Positions 47,161 through 57,271 of a stretch of 64,000 nucleotides of DNA are shown piece by piece. Position 1 is the first letter of the stretch. The number at the start of each line of letters is the position of its first letter. Under the pieces are notes generated by a model that ran no database searches, had not been told where the DNA came from, and saw only the letters and a program-made list of their open reading frames with translations. Made by a program: the position numbers and the translations under genes. The DNA is taken from assembly GCA_022508525.1 (NCBI GenBank), contig JAFLVA010000005.1, forward strand, positions 22,625 to 86,624, read 5' to 3'. This stretch comes from Erysipelotrichales bacterium. Lineage in GTDB: Bacteria > Bacillota_I > Bacilli_A > RFN20 > CAG-826.

Positions 47161-48409
47161 TTATAATGTTGTAATTATTGGTGGTGGATCTGCTGGACTT
47201 GCTGCAGCAAAAGAATGTTACGATTTAGGCGTAAAAAAGGTTTTAATTCTTGAAAGAGATCCAGTTTTAGGAGGAATTTTAAATCAGTGCATTCATAATG
47301 GATTTGGTTTACATGAATTCAAAGAACAATTATCTGGACCAGAATATGCATATCGTTTTATTGAGATGATTAAAGAAACTGATGTGGAAGTGAAATTGAA
47401 TACAATGGTTACTGATATCACTAAAGATAAGCATGTAATTTACACAAATGAAGAAGAAGGTTATCAAGAAATCGAAGCAAAAACTATAATTTTTGCTATG
47501 GGTTGTTATGAAAGAAATGCTGGTGCTATTCAACTTCCAGGCGATCGCCCTGTCGGAGTGTTTACAGCAGGAACAGCGCAAAAATATTTAAATATTGAGG
47601 GTTATTTAATTGGTAAAAAAGTATTTATTCTTGGTTCTGGTGACATCGGACTTATTATGGCACGCCGTATGACTTTAGAAGGAGCAAAAGTTTTAGGTGT
47701 AGCAGAAATTATGCCATATTCTAATGGATTAAATCGTAATATCGTGCAATGTTTGAATGATTTTGATATTCCTTTATATTTATCACATACTGTGACAAAA
47801 GTAATTGGTAAAGAAAAATTAGAAAGAATAGAACTAAGTCAAGTTGATGAAAAATTAGTTCCTATTAAAGGAAGCGAAAAATATTTTGATGTTGACACAT
47901 TGCTTTTATCAATTGGTTTAACTCCAATCACAGATCTATTATCACAATTAAATTTAAATATTCATCCTCGCACACGAGGACCAATTGTTAATGAGCACAA
48001 TGAAACTTCAATACCAGGAGTTTTTGTAGCAGGTAACGGATTACATGTTCATGATTTAGTCGATTATGTGTCACGCGAGGCAAGATTATCTGCGCTTGGT
48101 GCATATAATTATTTAAACGATAGATTACATTATGGTAATGAACTTATCACAACAAAAAATGAATATGGTGTTGGTTATATTGTCCCTCAAGTAATTAATT
48201 ATTTAAATATTGAGGAAAAAGTTACTTTAAAATTTAGAGTCACAAAACCTTATAAAAACGCTGATATTTTAATTAAAGCAGATGATGAAGTTATTAAAAA
48301 AATATACAAATTAAATATTATTCCATCTGAGATGGAAAATATTGATGTATCTAAAGATTTAATTAAACCAAATACGAAGATCATTAGTGTCGAAATTAAG
48401 GAGAGATAA
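47153..48409 (+). CDS. pyridine nucleotide-disulfide-type FAD/NAD(P) oxidoreductase (partner subunit)
   Basis: Start moved to ATG 47153 (AGGTGA RBS; 8-nt overlap). VVIIGGGSAGLAAA and ILGSGDIGL Rossmann motifs. Confidence 0.75.
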   Translation: MNSYNVVIIGGGSAGLAAAKECYDLGVKKVLILERDPVLGGILNQCIHNGFGLHEFKEQLSGPEYAYRFIEMIKETDVEVKLNTMVTDITKDKHVIYTNEEEGYQEIEAKTIIFAMGCYERNAGAIQLPGDRPVGVFTAGTAQKYLNIEGYLIGKKVFILGSGDIGLIMARRMTLEGAKVLGVAEIMPYSNGLNRNIVQCLNDFDIPLYLSHTVTKVIGKEKLERIELSQVDEKLVPIKGSEKYFDVDTLLLSIGLTPITDLLSQLNLNIHPRTRGPIVNEHNETSIPGVFVAGNGLHVHDLVDYVSREARLSALGAYNYLNDRLHYGNELITTKNEYGVGYIVPQVINYLNIEEKVTLKFRVTKPYKNADILIKADDEVIKKIYKLNIIPSEMENIDVSKDLIKPNTKIISVEIKER

Positions 48410-48410
48410 T

Positions 48411-48758
48411 ATGGAACATAAACTTATATGTATAGTCTGTCCACGTGGCTGTCATCTTACAATTGATGAAAATAATAATGTTTCTGGCAATAGTTGCCCA
48501 CGTGGTGTACCTTATGCCATAAATGAAATGACTTGCCCTAAAAGAATGTTGACATCAACAGTAAAAATAGTTTCTAAATTTATAAATAGACTTCCAGTTA
48601 TCACAAGTGAAGAAATTGAAAAAAGTAAAATTTTTGATGTTATGGAAGAAATTAATAAAGTAGAAGTGAAAGCACCAGTTAAAATGCACGAAATTATTAT
48701 TAAAAATGTGTTAAACACAGGAGTAGATATAATTTCTACTCGAGAAATATTAGATTGA
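48411..48758 (+). CDS. DUF1667-type small Cys-rich protein
   Basis: Start moved to ATG 48411 (AAGGAG RBS). CIVCPRGCHL...CPRG. The gene order matches the known three-gene oxidoreductase cluster. Confidence 0.7.
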   Translation: MEHKLICIVCPRGCHLTIDENNNVSGNSCPRGVPYAINEMTCPKRMLTSTVKIVSKFINRLPVITSEEIEKSKIFDVMEEINKVEVKAPVKMHEIIIKNVLNTGVDIISTREILD

Positions 48759-48865
48759 TATTTATTTATTTGAGATTTAATGATATACTAGCAAGGCAGT
48801 ACGGTTATAAAAAATAATTAGTTCGTTTGCTGAAAATATTTTATTTTGATTGAAAGGAAGATTTT

Positions 48866-50539
48866 ATGCGCGATAAAGTACGAATTTTTGCTTTGGGCGG
48901 CTTAGATGAAAGAGGCAAAAATTTAATTGTAGTTGAAATAAACGATGATATTTTTATTCTTGATGCAGGAAATAAACATCCTGATAAAACATTACCGGGT
49001 GTTGATTTAATTATCCCTGATTATAAATATTTAATTGATAATAAAGATCGTGTAAAGGCTTATTTAGTTTCTCATGGTCATAATGAACAAATCGGTGCGA
49101 TACCATTTATGTACAAATATATTAAAGCACCAATTTATTGTTCTAAGGCAACCGCAGCTATGATTGATAGTTATGGTCTTCAATATTTAAGAAAACCAAT
49201 GAGTTATAATTTTAATATTGTAAATCCAAGTGATGATGTTGAAATTGATGGTCACAAAGTACATTTCTTTCAAACATGTCATTCTATGATTTGCTCATCA
49301 GGTATTGCAATTGACACGGATGGTGGATCAATTGTATATTCTGGCGACTTTATTGTTGAATATAATGATACCGAAGGACATAATCATGATCTAAAAAAAT
49401 TATCAAAAATAGCAGATAATGATGTATTACTATTGATGACTGAATCAAGTGGTGCAGATAATCTTGGTTATGCATCTCCAGCTCATAAATTAACTCCAAC
49501 TCTAAATAAAGTTCTTTTTGAAAGCAAAGGAAGAACATATATTGCCATATTTGATAAAAATATTTATGGTCTTGAAGAAATTTTAAAATTTGCAACATTA
49601 AATAACAAAAAAGTTGTATTTTATAATAGTTTTGTTCGAGAAATGTATGAAAGATTATCAAAATGCGGACTTTATACACCAGGGAAAAACGTTATCATTA
49701 GTGATGATGAATTATTGCGTGTAAAAGAAACAGATCTTATTATCGTTATGATGGAAGAAGGAGAACATGTCTTTGAGATTATCTCTGATCTTGCTAGAGG
49801 AGAAATTGATGATAAAAGATTTATTATAAGTCCAAATGATTCCTTCCTTGTTGCTTGTCCTCCACAAAGTGGCTTAGAAGTAATTGCTACTAGTGCGATT
49901 GATGATTTATATCGAACAGGAGCGAATATTACAAATTTAAGTAAGAAGACATATATTTCTATGACTGCAAGAGAAGATGATTTAAAAGCTCTCATCTCTA
50001 TGCTTAAGCCGAAGTATTATTTACCTGTAAGTGGTGAGTATCGTCATTTACTTGCTAATGCAATGATTGCAGTGCATATGGGCAATATGTATAGCCATCG
50101 CAATGTATTTATTATTGATAATGGTATGGTAGTAGATATAAATGATGGAGTAGCAAAACTAGCAAATGATAAAATTCAAAATGGCAATTTAATGGTTGAT
50201 GGTATTGGTGTTGGTGATGTAAAATCCGAAGTTATTACTGATCGTCAAAAATTATCTGAAGATGGTATTATTATTGCTGCTTTAGCTGTTTCATTAGAAA
50301 CGAAAGAAATTATTGCAGGCCCAGACATTCAAATGCGTGGTTTTGTTTTCTTGAAAGAATCGGAATCAATTTTAAGAGAAATAACTAAATTATTAGTAGA
50401 AACTATTAGCAATGCTTTAAGAAAAAACACATCTCTAGAAGATGCAAAACTTGTATTTACGGAAAAAGCAGTTCGCTACATTAAAAAAGAAATTGGACGT
50501 TTCCCAATGGTTGTTCCAATTGTTGAGATTATTGATTAA
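48866..50539 (+). CDS. rnj: RNase J-family protein with degenerate catalytic motifs (RNase J2-like)
   Basis: Metallo-beta-lactamase/beta-CASP/C-terminal-domain architecture collinear with RNase J (FALGGLDERGKN, FFQTCHS, YSGDF, GIGVGDV). Motif 2 reads HGHNEQ, however, and the PIHGEYR block reads PVSGEYR. Confidence 0.8.
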   Translation: MRDKVRIFALGGLDERGKNLIVVEINDDIFILDAGNKHPDKTLPGVDLIIPDYKYLIDNKDRVKAYLVSHGHNEQIGAIPFMYKYIKAPIYCSKATAAMIDSYGLQYLRKPMSYNFNIVNPSDDVEIDGHKVHFFQTCHSMICSSGIAIDTDGGSIVYSGDFIVEYNDTEGHNHDLKKLSKIADNDVLLLMTESSGADNLGYASPAHKLTPTLNKVLFESKGRTYIAIFDKNIYGLEEILKFATLNNKKVVFYNSFVREMYERLSKCGLYTPGKNVIISDDELLRVKETDLIIVMMEEGEHVFEIISDLARGEIDDKRFIISPNDSFLVACPPQSGLEVIATSAIDDLYRTGANITNLSKKTYISMTAREDDLKALISMLKPKYYLPVSGEYRHLLANAMIAVHMGNMYSHRNVFIIDNGMVVDINDGVAKLANDKIQNGNLMVDGIGVGDVKSEVITDRQKLSEDGIIIAALAVSLETKEIIAGPDIQMRGFVFLKESESILREITKLLVETISNALRKNTSLEDAKLVFTEKAVRYIKKEIGRFPMVVPIVEIID

Positions 50540-50559
50540 GCACCTTATGGTGCTTTTTA
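50538..50559 (+). terminator. rho-independent terminator
   Basis: AAGCACC-ttat-GGTGCTT followed by TTT. Confidence 0.7.
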
Positions 50560-50646
50560 TTTAAAAAAATTTACAATTAAGGAATGTTAATTTATAATTA
50601 TGCAAGATAAGTTTTAAGATCTTTACAAATACTAGTGGGGATAAAT

Positions 50647-51777
50647 ATGAAAAAAAAGTTATTATATATTCGTTTAAGTCAGTTATTCATATCTCTCATA
50701 ATTGCTTTTTTAGCTTTGTTTGGTACGATAAATGACGATGGATTATTATTGTCTGGATTTTTAAAATATTTACCAAGTATATTGGGAATATTTATAGTTT
50801 TATTAGCCATTGTTGAATTGTTTTTTACACGTCATATTGTAAGACTAGTGTATCTATTAATATCAATCGTTGCAGTAATAATATTAATGCAAGATGGATT
50901 AATATTATTGAACGCATCAATATGGGTCTTATCTATAGTTTATTTTGTTTTAATATTGATTAGTGTTATTAGAATAAATAAATCGGTAGTTAAAGTTAAG
51001 AAAAAAGATACAATTCCTTTTGGATATTGTTCATTTAAAGAATTCGTTATATTTATTTCTGCTACTTTGATTTCTTGTGTTCCACTTGGTATAGGTACGT
51101 ATTTGTTTATAGAAAATATTTTTTCGGATATTGGCAATCAAAATGTCGGAGTATACTTTTTTATTTCAACTTTTTTATTAATATTTACTGTAATTATATA
51201 TGGGTTCACAAATAAATTAACAAAGGCATTAACAGCGTTCTCAAAAAGTACCGATTATAATCGTTTTATGTTAGATACAAATGCTATTTTACAAAATAAA
51301 ATTAATGATGAGTACGCTATTTATATTAAACTATTGCAAGTTAATTATTCTTTTATTGTAGATAAAGAAAATGCTTACAAAATATTTGAATCAATTCAAA
51401 CCCCAACAAGAATGAGCAATAAAAGATTATATGGATTAGTTGAGATATTATATTTTATTAATAAAAGCGAATATCAAAAAGCAGATGACTTATTGACAAA
51501 ATTCGGATTGACTTATGGAAGAAAGAGCAAACAGTTTATAAATTTAAAAAATTTAATAATTGCTTTTAGTAGTGATAAAGAAATTATGAATATAGAAAGC
51601 AAATATCCTTTAAAATATACCAAATTGATAAATCTAATTAATGCCTCCACACTTTTAGAATATTATAAGAACAGAAATAACTTAAACAAAGCAAAATTTT
51701 ACGCTAGTTATATTTTGAATAACACAACGCAATTTACACAAATTATTGAAGAAGCTGAGCAAGTTATGAAGATGTAA
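50647..51777 (+). CDS. hypothetical membrane protein with a helical-repeat C-terminal domain
   Basis: Start moved to ATG 50647. About 6 TM helices, then a roughly 180-aa helical region (TPR-like by eye). Confidence 0.55.
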   Translation: MKKKLLYIRLSQLFISLIIAFLALFGTINDDGLLLSGFLKYLPSILGIFIVLLAIVELFFTRHIVRLVYLLISIVAVIILMQDGLILLNASIWVLSIVYFVLILISVIRINKSVVKVKKKDTIPFGYCSFKEFVIFISATLISCVPLGIGTYLFIENIFSDIGNQNVGVYFFISTFLLIFTVIIYGFTNKLTKALTAFSKSTDYNRFMLDTNAILQNKINDEYAIYIKLLQVNYSFIVDKENAYKIFESIQTPTRMSNKRLYGLVEILYFINKSEYQKADDLLTKFGLTYGRKSKQFINLKNLIIAFSSDKEIMNIESKYPLKYTKLINLINASTLLEYYKNRNNLNKAKFYASYILNNTTQFTQIIEEAEQVMKM

Positions 51778-51922
51778 CAAATCAAAAAAAATAAAAAATG
51801 TTAATCTGCGAAATAAATATTTTTACTAAAAGTTCTCTATGTTTTTTGTAGCGCTCAATTCTTTATATTTTTTGCATTTTTTTGTTTATTAGTTTTTTTA
51901 TCTATGCCATAATAAATATGAT

Positions 51923-51947
51923 ATTTTATTGATTAAATCAATAAAAT
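51923..51947. repeat. 25-bp perfect palindrome immediately upstream of the ftsK RBS
   Basis: ATTTTATTGATT-A-AATCAATAAAAT. Confidence 0.8.
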
Positions 51948-51962
51948 TCGGAAGGTGATAAA

Positions 51963-54419
51963 ATGGCAAAGGATAAACATGTACCAAAAAGTATAAAAGA
52001 AGCAAAATTATTGTCAAAAGATGCAGAAAGTACACTTTATGGTTTAATGATATTTTTAGTTTGTCTTATTGGCGTTTTAAATAATGGTGCAGTTGGAATT
52101 TTCTTAACTTATATATCCGCCTATCTATTTGGTGTATTTTATTTTGTTCCGTATTTGATTGGAGCATTTTATGGTATATATCTAATTGTAACGAAAAGAA
52201 CATTATTGGTTAAAGTTAATTTGGTTTTTCTTGGAGTAATTTTAATTGCTATTGCAAGTTTAATTGGATCATCATTCAGTTCTACTACGAAATCATTCAC
52301 AGACTTATTTTCTACCTACCATGCAAATGTAAGTAGCATTGTAGTAAATAATACAATTTTTAAACTTAATTTAAGTAGAATTGATACACTAGGCGGAGGC
52401 CTTGTTGGAAGCTTTTTGGCTGCACTTTTGATTTCAACATTGACTGAGACTGGTGCAAAAATTGTTGTTGCGATTATTATGCTAGTTGGCTTATACCTCG
52501 CATTTGCCAAATTAATTGTGAAAACATTTAGAAAAATTAAAGAATTCCAAAAAAATCGAAAAGAAAAATTGGCAAAACGATTAGAGGAAGAAGAAAAAAT
52601 ACAAGAAGAGAAACGTAAACGAAAAGAAGAAAAAAAGAAAATCGATAATGAACCAATTCGCATTAATTCTGCATCTAATTCAAATGAGCAGATTAGTGAA
52701 TTTATTAGTAAACCTAAAAGATTCGAAATAAGAAGAGATGACTTGCCTTCACAAGAACCGATTGTAAATACTAAACCTACTCCAATAAATGAAATGTTTG
52801 CAGACGATATTGAAGATAAAAAGAATGTTGAAGTATTTGAAGAAACTAGAGAAGTAAATTATTCTCCAATGAAACCTATAGTTTCACAAAACAAAGAACA
52901 TTTCAGTAAAACTGTTACTAAACCAGTGACTTCACGCCGTGAATATATATATCCAAGTTTAGATTTACTTGAAAGTGCACATGGAAAATCAATGAAAGCA
53001 GTTAATGAAGAAATAGCTGAAGAAAGAAAAGAAATTATTAATGCTACTTTAAGTGATTTCCATGCTGGTGCAACTGTTGATACATATACGGTTGGACCAA
53101 CAATTACACGATTTGACATTCGCTCAAGCGCAACATCTTCAGTTAATGCAATTGCAAAAACTATTGATGATGTTGCTCAACGTTTAGGCGGTGTCTATGC
53201 TCGATTTGTAAAAGTAGTTCCTGGAAAAACAACTTCAGGTTTGGAAGTTCCAAACGTTCATATCGATATGGTTACTTTAAAAGAAGTACTTGAAGCTATG
53301 AAAGACTTAAAACCAAAACCATTATTAATTCCATTTGGTAAAGATGTTTCAGGTCAAGTAGTTACCGCTACAATGACAAAATTCCCACATATGTTAGTAG
53401 CAGGTACTTCTGGTTCTGGTAAATCTGTGTTCGTTCATACGATGATTTTATCGTTATTAATGCGTCAAACACCAGAAGAAGTTAGATTTGTTATTGTTGA
53501 TCCAAAACGTGTTGAATTTAGTTTGTATCGCGATATGCCTCACTTGTTATGCCCGATTATCTCAGAACCACTTGAAGCTAAAATGGCATTAAAGAAATTG
53601 CAACTTGAAATGGAAAGACGTTATGTTCTTCTTGAAGAAAATTATTGTACAGATATTAGTCAATACAATGAAGAAATGAAAGAAAAAGGTGGAGAATTAC
53701 TACCTTATATTGTAACGATTATTGATGAATACAACGACCTAGTTCTTGCAATCAAAGATATTGAAAAACCAATTGTTTCATTAGGCGCAAAAGCACGTGC
53801 TGCTGGTATTCATATATGTATTGCTACTCAACGTCCTTCAACTGATGTTGTAACTGGAACATTAAAGGCTAATTTGGCAACTAAAGTAGCATTTAAAGTT
53901 GCTAACTCTGTCGATTCTGTTACAATCTTAAACCAAGGTGGTGCTGAAAGACTTAGAGGTAGCGGTGACTCATTAATTGATTGTGCAGCTTTAGGAGTGT
54001 CAGATTCTTTTGTCAGAGCACAAAGCCCATATGTTGATCGCAAAGAAATCTTAAAAGTTGTTGGTTTTTTAAGAGATCATTACAAGGTAGAGTACAATCC
54101 AGATTTCTTGGATTTAAAGGATCATAGTGCAATGGGACCAAAATTTGTTCCTGGCGAAGATTTTGATGAGGATAATCAAGATCGATATGAATATTTAAAA
54201 GAACAAATTGTTGCACAAAGAAAAGCATATATTTCTATTTCTTTTATTCAACAAACTTGTCGTGCTAATTTTAATAATGCACGTGAACTATACACTCGTT
54301 TACAAAACGATGGCATTATTGAAATATTGCCGCCAGGATCAACTAGTAATAAAGGTGCAAAGGTTTTGAATATTACTAGTAGTGAAGAGAAAAATGATAA
54401 TGGTAATGAGGAAGATTAG
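51963..54419 (+). CDS. ftsK: DNA translocase FtsK/SpoIIIE
   Basis: N-terminal TMs, K/E-rich linker, Walker A GTSGSGKSV, IVTIIDEY, ATQRPS, C-terminal gamma wHTH. Confidence 0.95.
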   Translation: MAKDKHVPKSIKEAKLLSKDAESTLYGLMIFLVCLIGVLNNGAVGIFLTYISAYLFGVFYFVPYLIGAFYGIYLIVTKRTLLVKVNLVFLGVILIAIASLIGSSFSSTTKSFTDLFSTYHANVSSIVVNNTIFKLNLSRIDTLGGGLVGSFLAALLISTLTETGAKIVVAIIMLVGLYLAFAKLIVKTFRKIKEFQKNRKEKLAKRLEEEEKIQEEKRKRKEEKKKIDNEPIRINSASNSNEQISEFISKPKRFEIRRDDLPSQEPIVNTKPTPINEMFADDIEDKKNVEVFEETREVNYSPMKPIVSQNKEHFSKTVTKPVTSRREYIYPSLDLLESAHGKSMKAVNEEIAEERKEIINATLSDFHAGATVDTYTVGPTITRFDIRSSATSSVNAIAKTIDDVAQRLGGVYARFVKVVPGKTTSGLEVPNVHIDMVTLKEVLEAMKDLKPKPLLIPFGKDVSGQVVTATMTKFPHMLVAGTSGSGKSVFVHTMILSLLMRQTPEEVRFVIVDPKRVEFSLYRDMPHLLCPIISEPLEAKMALKKLQLEMERRYVLLEENYCTDISQYNEEMKEKGGELLPYIVTIIDEYNDLVLAIKDIEKPIVSLGAKARAAGIHICIATQRPSTDVVTGTLKANLATKVAFKVANSVDSVTILNQGGAERLRGSGDSLIDCAALGVSDSFVRAQSPYVDRKEILKVVGFLRDHYKVEYNPDFLDLKDHSAMGPKFVPGEDFDEDNQDRYEYLKEQIVAQRKAYISISFIQQTCRANFNNARELYTRLQNDGIIEILPPGSTSNKGAKVLNITSSEEKNDNGNEED

Positions 54420-54431
54420 GTGTTTTAGATT

Positions 54432-56480
54432 ATGGAGAAAATTGTCGCTAAAAATGAATATACATTAGAAATAATAGGTTACATTTCTAATTCTTCATAT
54501 GTTTTAGAAAAGAATGGCAAATATGTTGAAAATATTTGTATTAGCAATGCAACTATTATTCTAAGAAACAAATTAGAGGTGGGTTCAAGGTATCAAATTA
54601 AAAGTGATTCTGAGGCCTATGATGTGGATTTGTCACAGTTAGTGGATTTGCCTAGTTTTGATGATAAATATTTTTATGATGGAGAATTAGGCGCAATCGT
54701 CAAAAATAATGTTACAACATTCCGTCTTTTTGCTCCATTAGCGTACCTAGTTAATTTAGTTTTGTATTCTGATGATAAAGAAAAAATACTATCAATGAAT
54801 CATCTAGAGAATGGCGTTCATGAGATTGAATTAGAAGAAAATTTACATGAATCTGTTTATCTTTATGAGATACATCAAAATGGAGAAGTCGTAAGGACAC
54901 AAGATCCATATTCTTTTGCGACAACCATTAATAAAGAAAAATCAGTAGTAGTGGATTTAGAACGTATTAAAACAGAAGATACTACTCAATATTTACCTTC
55001 ATTTACAAAGAATACCGAAGCAATTGTTTATGAAGCAAGCATTAGAGATCTAACGAGCTATCCTAATAGTGAAATTGTTGATAAAGGAACATTTTCTGGT
55101 TTACTTGAGACAAATAAAAAATATAAAAAATGTCCAATTGGAATTGACTATCTAAAATATTTAGGCATTACTCATGTTCAATTTTTACCAGTTAACGCTT
55201 TTAAAGGTGTCGATGAAACTCGAGTAAAAGAAGAATATAACTGGGGATATAATCCATATTTATATATGGCGTTAGAGGGAAGTCTTTCTAAAGATCCATA
55301 TTCTCCATTAACAAGAATTTATGAATTTAAAAATCTTGTTAGTGAGTTACATAAAGCTGGTATACGAGTAAACTTGGATGTTGTTTTTAATCACGTGTAT
55401 GAATATAAAACATCGATTTTCAAAAAAATTGTTCCAAATTATTATTTCCGTAAAAGAGGTGCGTTGTTATCAAATGGTTCATTCTGCGGAAATGACCTTG
55501 ATACATCGCGTAAAATGGTAAGAAAACTTATTATTGATGCGTTGAAATTCTTTGTAAATTTTTATGACGTTGATGGATTTAGATTTGATTTATTGGGCAT
55601 TATCGACATAAAAACTTCCTGGGAAATTCAAAACGAATTACGAAAAATCAAACCAAATATAATGCTTTATGGAGAAGGTTGGGATATGCCAACATTCTTG
55701 GATTATGATTTAAAAACTATTAATTCAAATGCTAATAGATTACCAAGTTTTGCATTTTTTAATGATTTTTACCGTGATACTTTAAAAGGAAATAATTTTA
55801 ATAATTATGACCGTGGATATTTAGTAGATAACAATTATCTAAAAAATGCATTTAAAATTGCTTTTAAAGGCTATTATAATAGACTAGAAGCATTCAATTC
55901 ACCAAATCAAAGTATTAACTATATTGAATGTCATGATAATCTAACTGCCTATGATAAAATCTCTTACTGTTTAAACACAAATGATGAGGAAATAATACTT
56001 GGAGTTTTAAAACTATGCAATGCAATTAATATTCTATCGTTTGGTATTCCATTCATACATATGGGACAAGAAGTAGGTTTGACAAAATTTAAAGAAGACA
56101 ACACGTATAATATGGGAGATAAATATAATCAGTTTGATTTCGAAATTTTATCTAAAAGACATAGTTATGCAAAGTATGTAAGAGAATTAATCGCATTTAG
56201 AAAAGAATATGATTGCTTCAAAATTGACGATTATCGTGAAATTGAAAAAATTGTTAGTTATGAAGAGTTTGATGAACATGCGTTAAAGATAAATTATCAA
56301 TTAGGTGATGGAAAAGTATTATCCATTTTAATGAATACATCTTTAAAAGATAATGTATATTATACTTTTGAAAAGGGAAGAAAAGTTTTATTTAACGAAG
56401 CTGGCAGATTAAAAACAGATGCATATGTGCAATCATTAATTTTAGCGCCACTTAATGTTATAATAGTTATAAATGAATAG
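54432..56480 (+). CDS. type I pullulanase (GH13)
   Basis: GH13 regions DVVFNHV, GFRFDLLG, YGEGWD, YIECHDN. N-terminal CBM48-like region. Confidence 0.85.
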   Translation: MEKIVAKNEYTLEIIGYISNSSYVLEKNGKYVENICISNATIILRNKLEVGSRYQIKSDSEAYDVDLSQLVDLPSFDDKYFYDGELGAIVKNNVTTFRLFAPLAYLVNLVLYSDDKEKILSMNHLENGVHEIELEENLHESVYLYEIHQNGEVVRTQDPYSFATTINKEKSVVVDLERIKTEDTTQYLPSFTKNTEAIVYEASIRDLTSYPNSEIVDKGTFSGLLETNKKYKKCPIGIDYLKYLGITHVQFLPVNAFKGVDETRVKEEYNWGYNPYLYMALEGSLSKDPYSPLTRIYEFKNLVSELHKAGIRVNLDVVFNHVYEYKTSIFKKIVPNYYFRKRGALLSNGSFCGNDLDTSRKMVRKLIIDALKFFVNFYDVDGFRFDLLGIIDIKTSWEIQNELRKIKPNIMLYGEGWDMPTFLDYDLKTINSNANRLPSFAFFNDFYRDTLKGNNFNNYDRGYLVDNNYLKNAFKIAFKGYYNRLEAFNSPNQSINYIECHDNLTAYDKISYCLNTNDEEIILGVLKLCNAINILSFGIPFIHMGQEVGLTKFKEDNTYNMGDKYNQFDFEILSKRHSYAKYVRELIAFRKEYDCFKIDDYREIEKIVSYEEFDEHALKINYQLGDGKVLSILMNTSLKDNVYYTFEKGRKVLFNEAGRLKTDAYVQSLILAPLNVIIVINE

Positions 56481-56500
56481 TTGAAAGTAGGGAGGAAAAA

Positions 56501-57250
56501 ATGTTTAAGTATATTGGCATAGTCTTTAGAATAGGCCCGCTTCTTGTTTGGAATTATTTCACATGGATTTTGTATTATTATCGTCATAAAGATAAATATA
56601 CTCTAGAAGAAAGATATAAGAAGCTTCGAAAACTTGATTTAAAACTTTTAAAAAGACTTCATGTTGACATAGATGCAAAAGGCGTTGAGAATCTAAATGA
56701 CAAGCAAATTAAATTAATAACGCCGAATCATCAATCTTTACTTGATCCATTAGTTTTAATTGCGTTATCGGAAAAACCGATTAGTTTTGTTGCTAAAAAA
56801 GAAGTTCAAAAAATGCCAATAATTGGTAAGGCATTTAAAGTTATCGATGGTGAATTTATTGACCGACAAGATTTGCGTCAACAAATCAAATTTTTAAAAA
56901 TCGTGGAAAAATCTCTTTTGAATAAAGAACATAGTTGGGGTATTTTTCCTGAGGGAACAAGAAATAAAAATATTGAAAATGTATTAATTGGAGAATTCCA
57001 TCCGGGTACATTTAAAGTAGCATTAAATGCAGATGTAACAGTGTTACCAGTTGTTATTGAAGGAATACACAAAATATTGTCTAAAAAATATTGGTCGAGA
57101 AGATATTCAGTTGCAATTACATTTTTAAAATCCATTTCAAATAAAGATATAAATGCGAAAAACACTATTGAATATCGTGATTTTGTATATAATAAGATGT
57201 GTGAAGAGCTTAAATCACTCAAGAATAAAAGATTATTACAAAATAGTTAA
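56501..57250 (+). CDS. plsC: 1-acyl-sn-glycerol-3-phosphate acyltransferase
   Basis: PNHQSLLDP (HX4D), GIFPEGTR. GGAGG RBS. Confidence 0.85.
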   Translation: MFKYIGIVFRIGPLLVWNYFTWILYYYRHKDKYTLEERYKKLRKLDLKLLKRLHVDIDAKGVENLNDKQIKLITPNHQSLLDPLVLIALSEKPISFVAKKEVQKMPIIGKAFKVIDGEFIDRQDLRQQIKFLKIVEKSLLNKEHSWGIFPEGTRNKNIENVLIGEFHPGTFKVALNADVTVLPVVIEGIHKILSKKYWSRRYSVAITFLKSISNKDINAKNTIEYRDFVYNKMCEELKSLKNKRLLQNS

Positions 57251-57271
57251 CTATTGCAGTTAACTATTTTT
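57241..57271. terminator. bidirectional terminator
   Basis: AATAGTTAAC-tattgca-GTTAACTATT followed by TTT. Confidence 0.7.

Noticed and set aside
51923-51947. The palindrome next to ftsK as a possible dif (Xer) site.
   Set aside because: The arm sequence and spacing do not resemble dif (11-bp arms with a CATAA-N6-TTATG core). I found no dif-like sequence elsewhere in the window.
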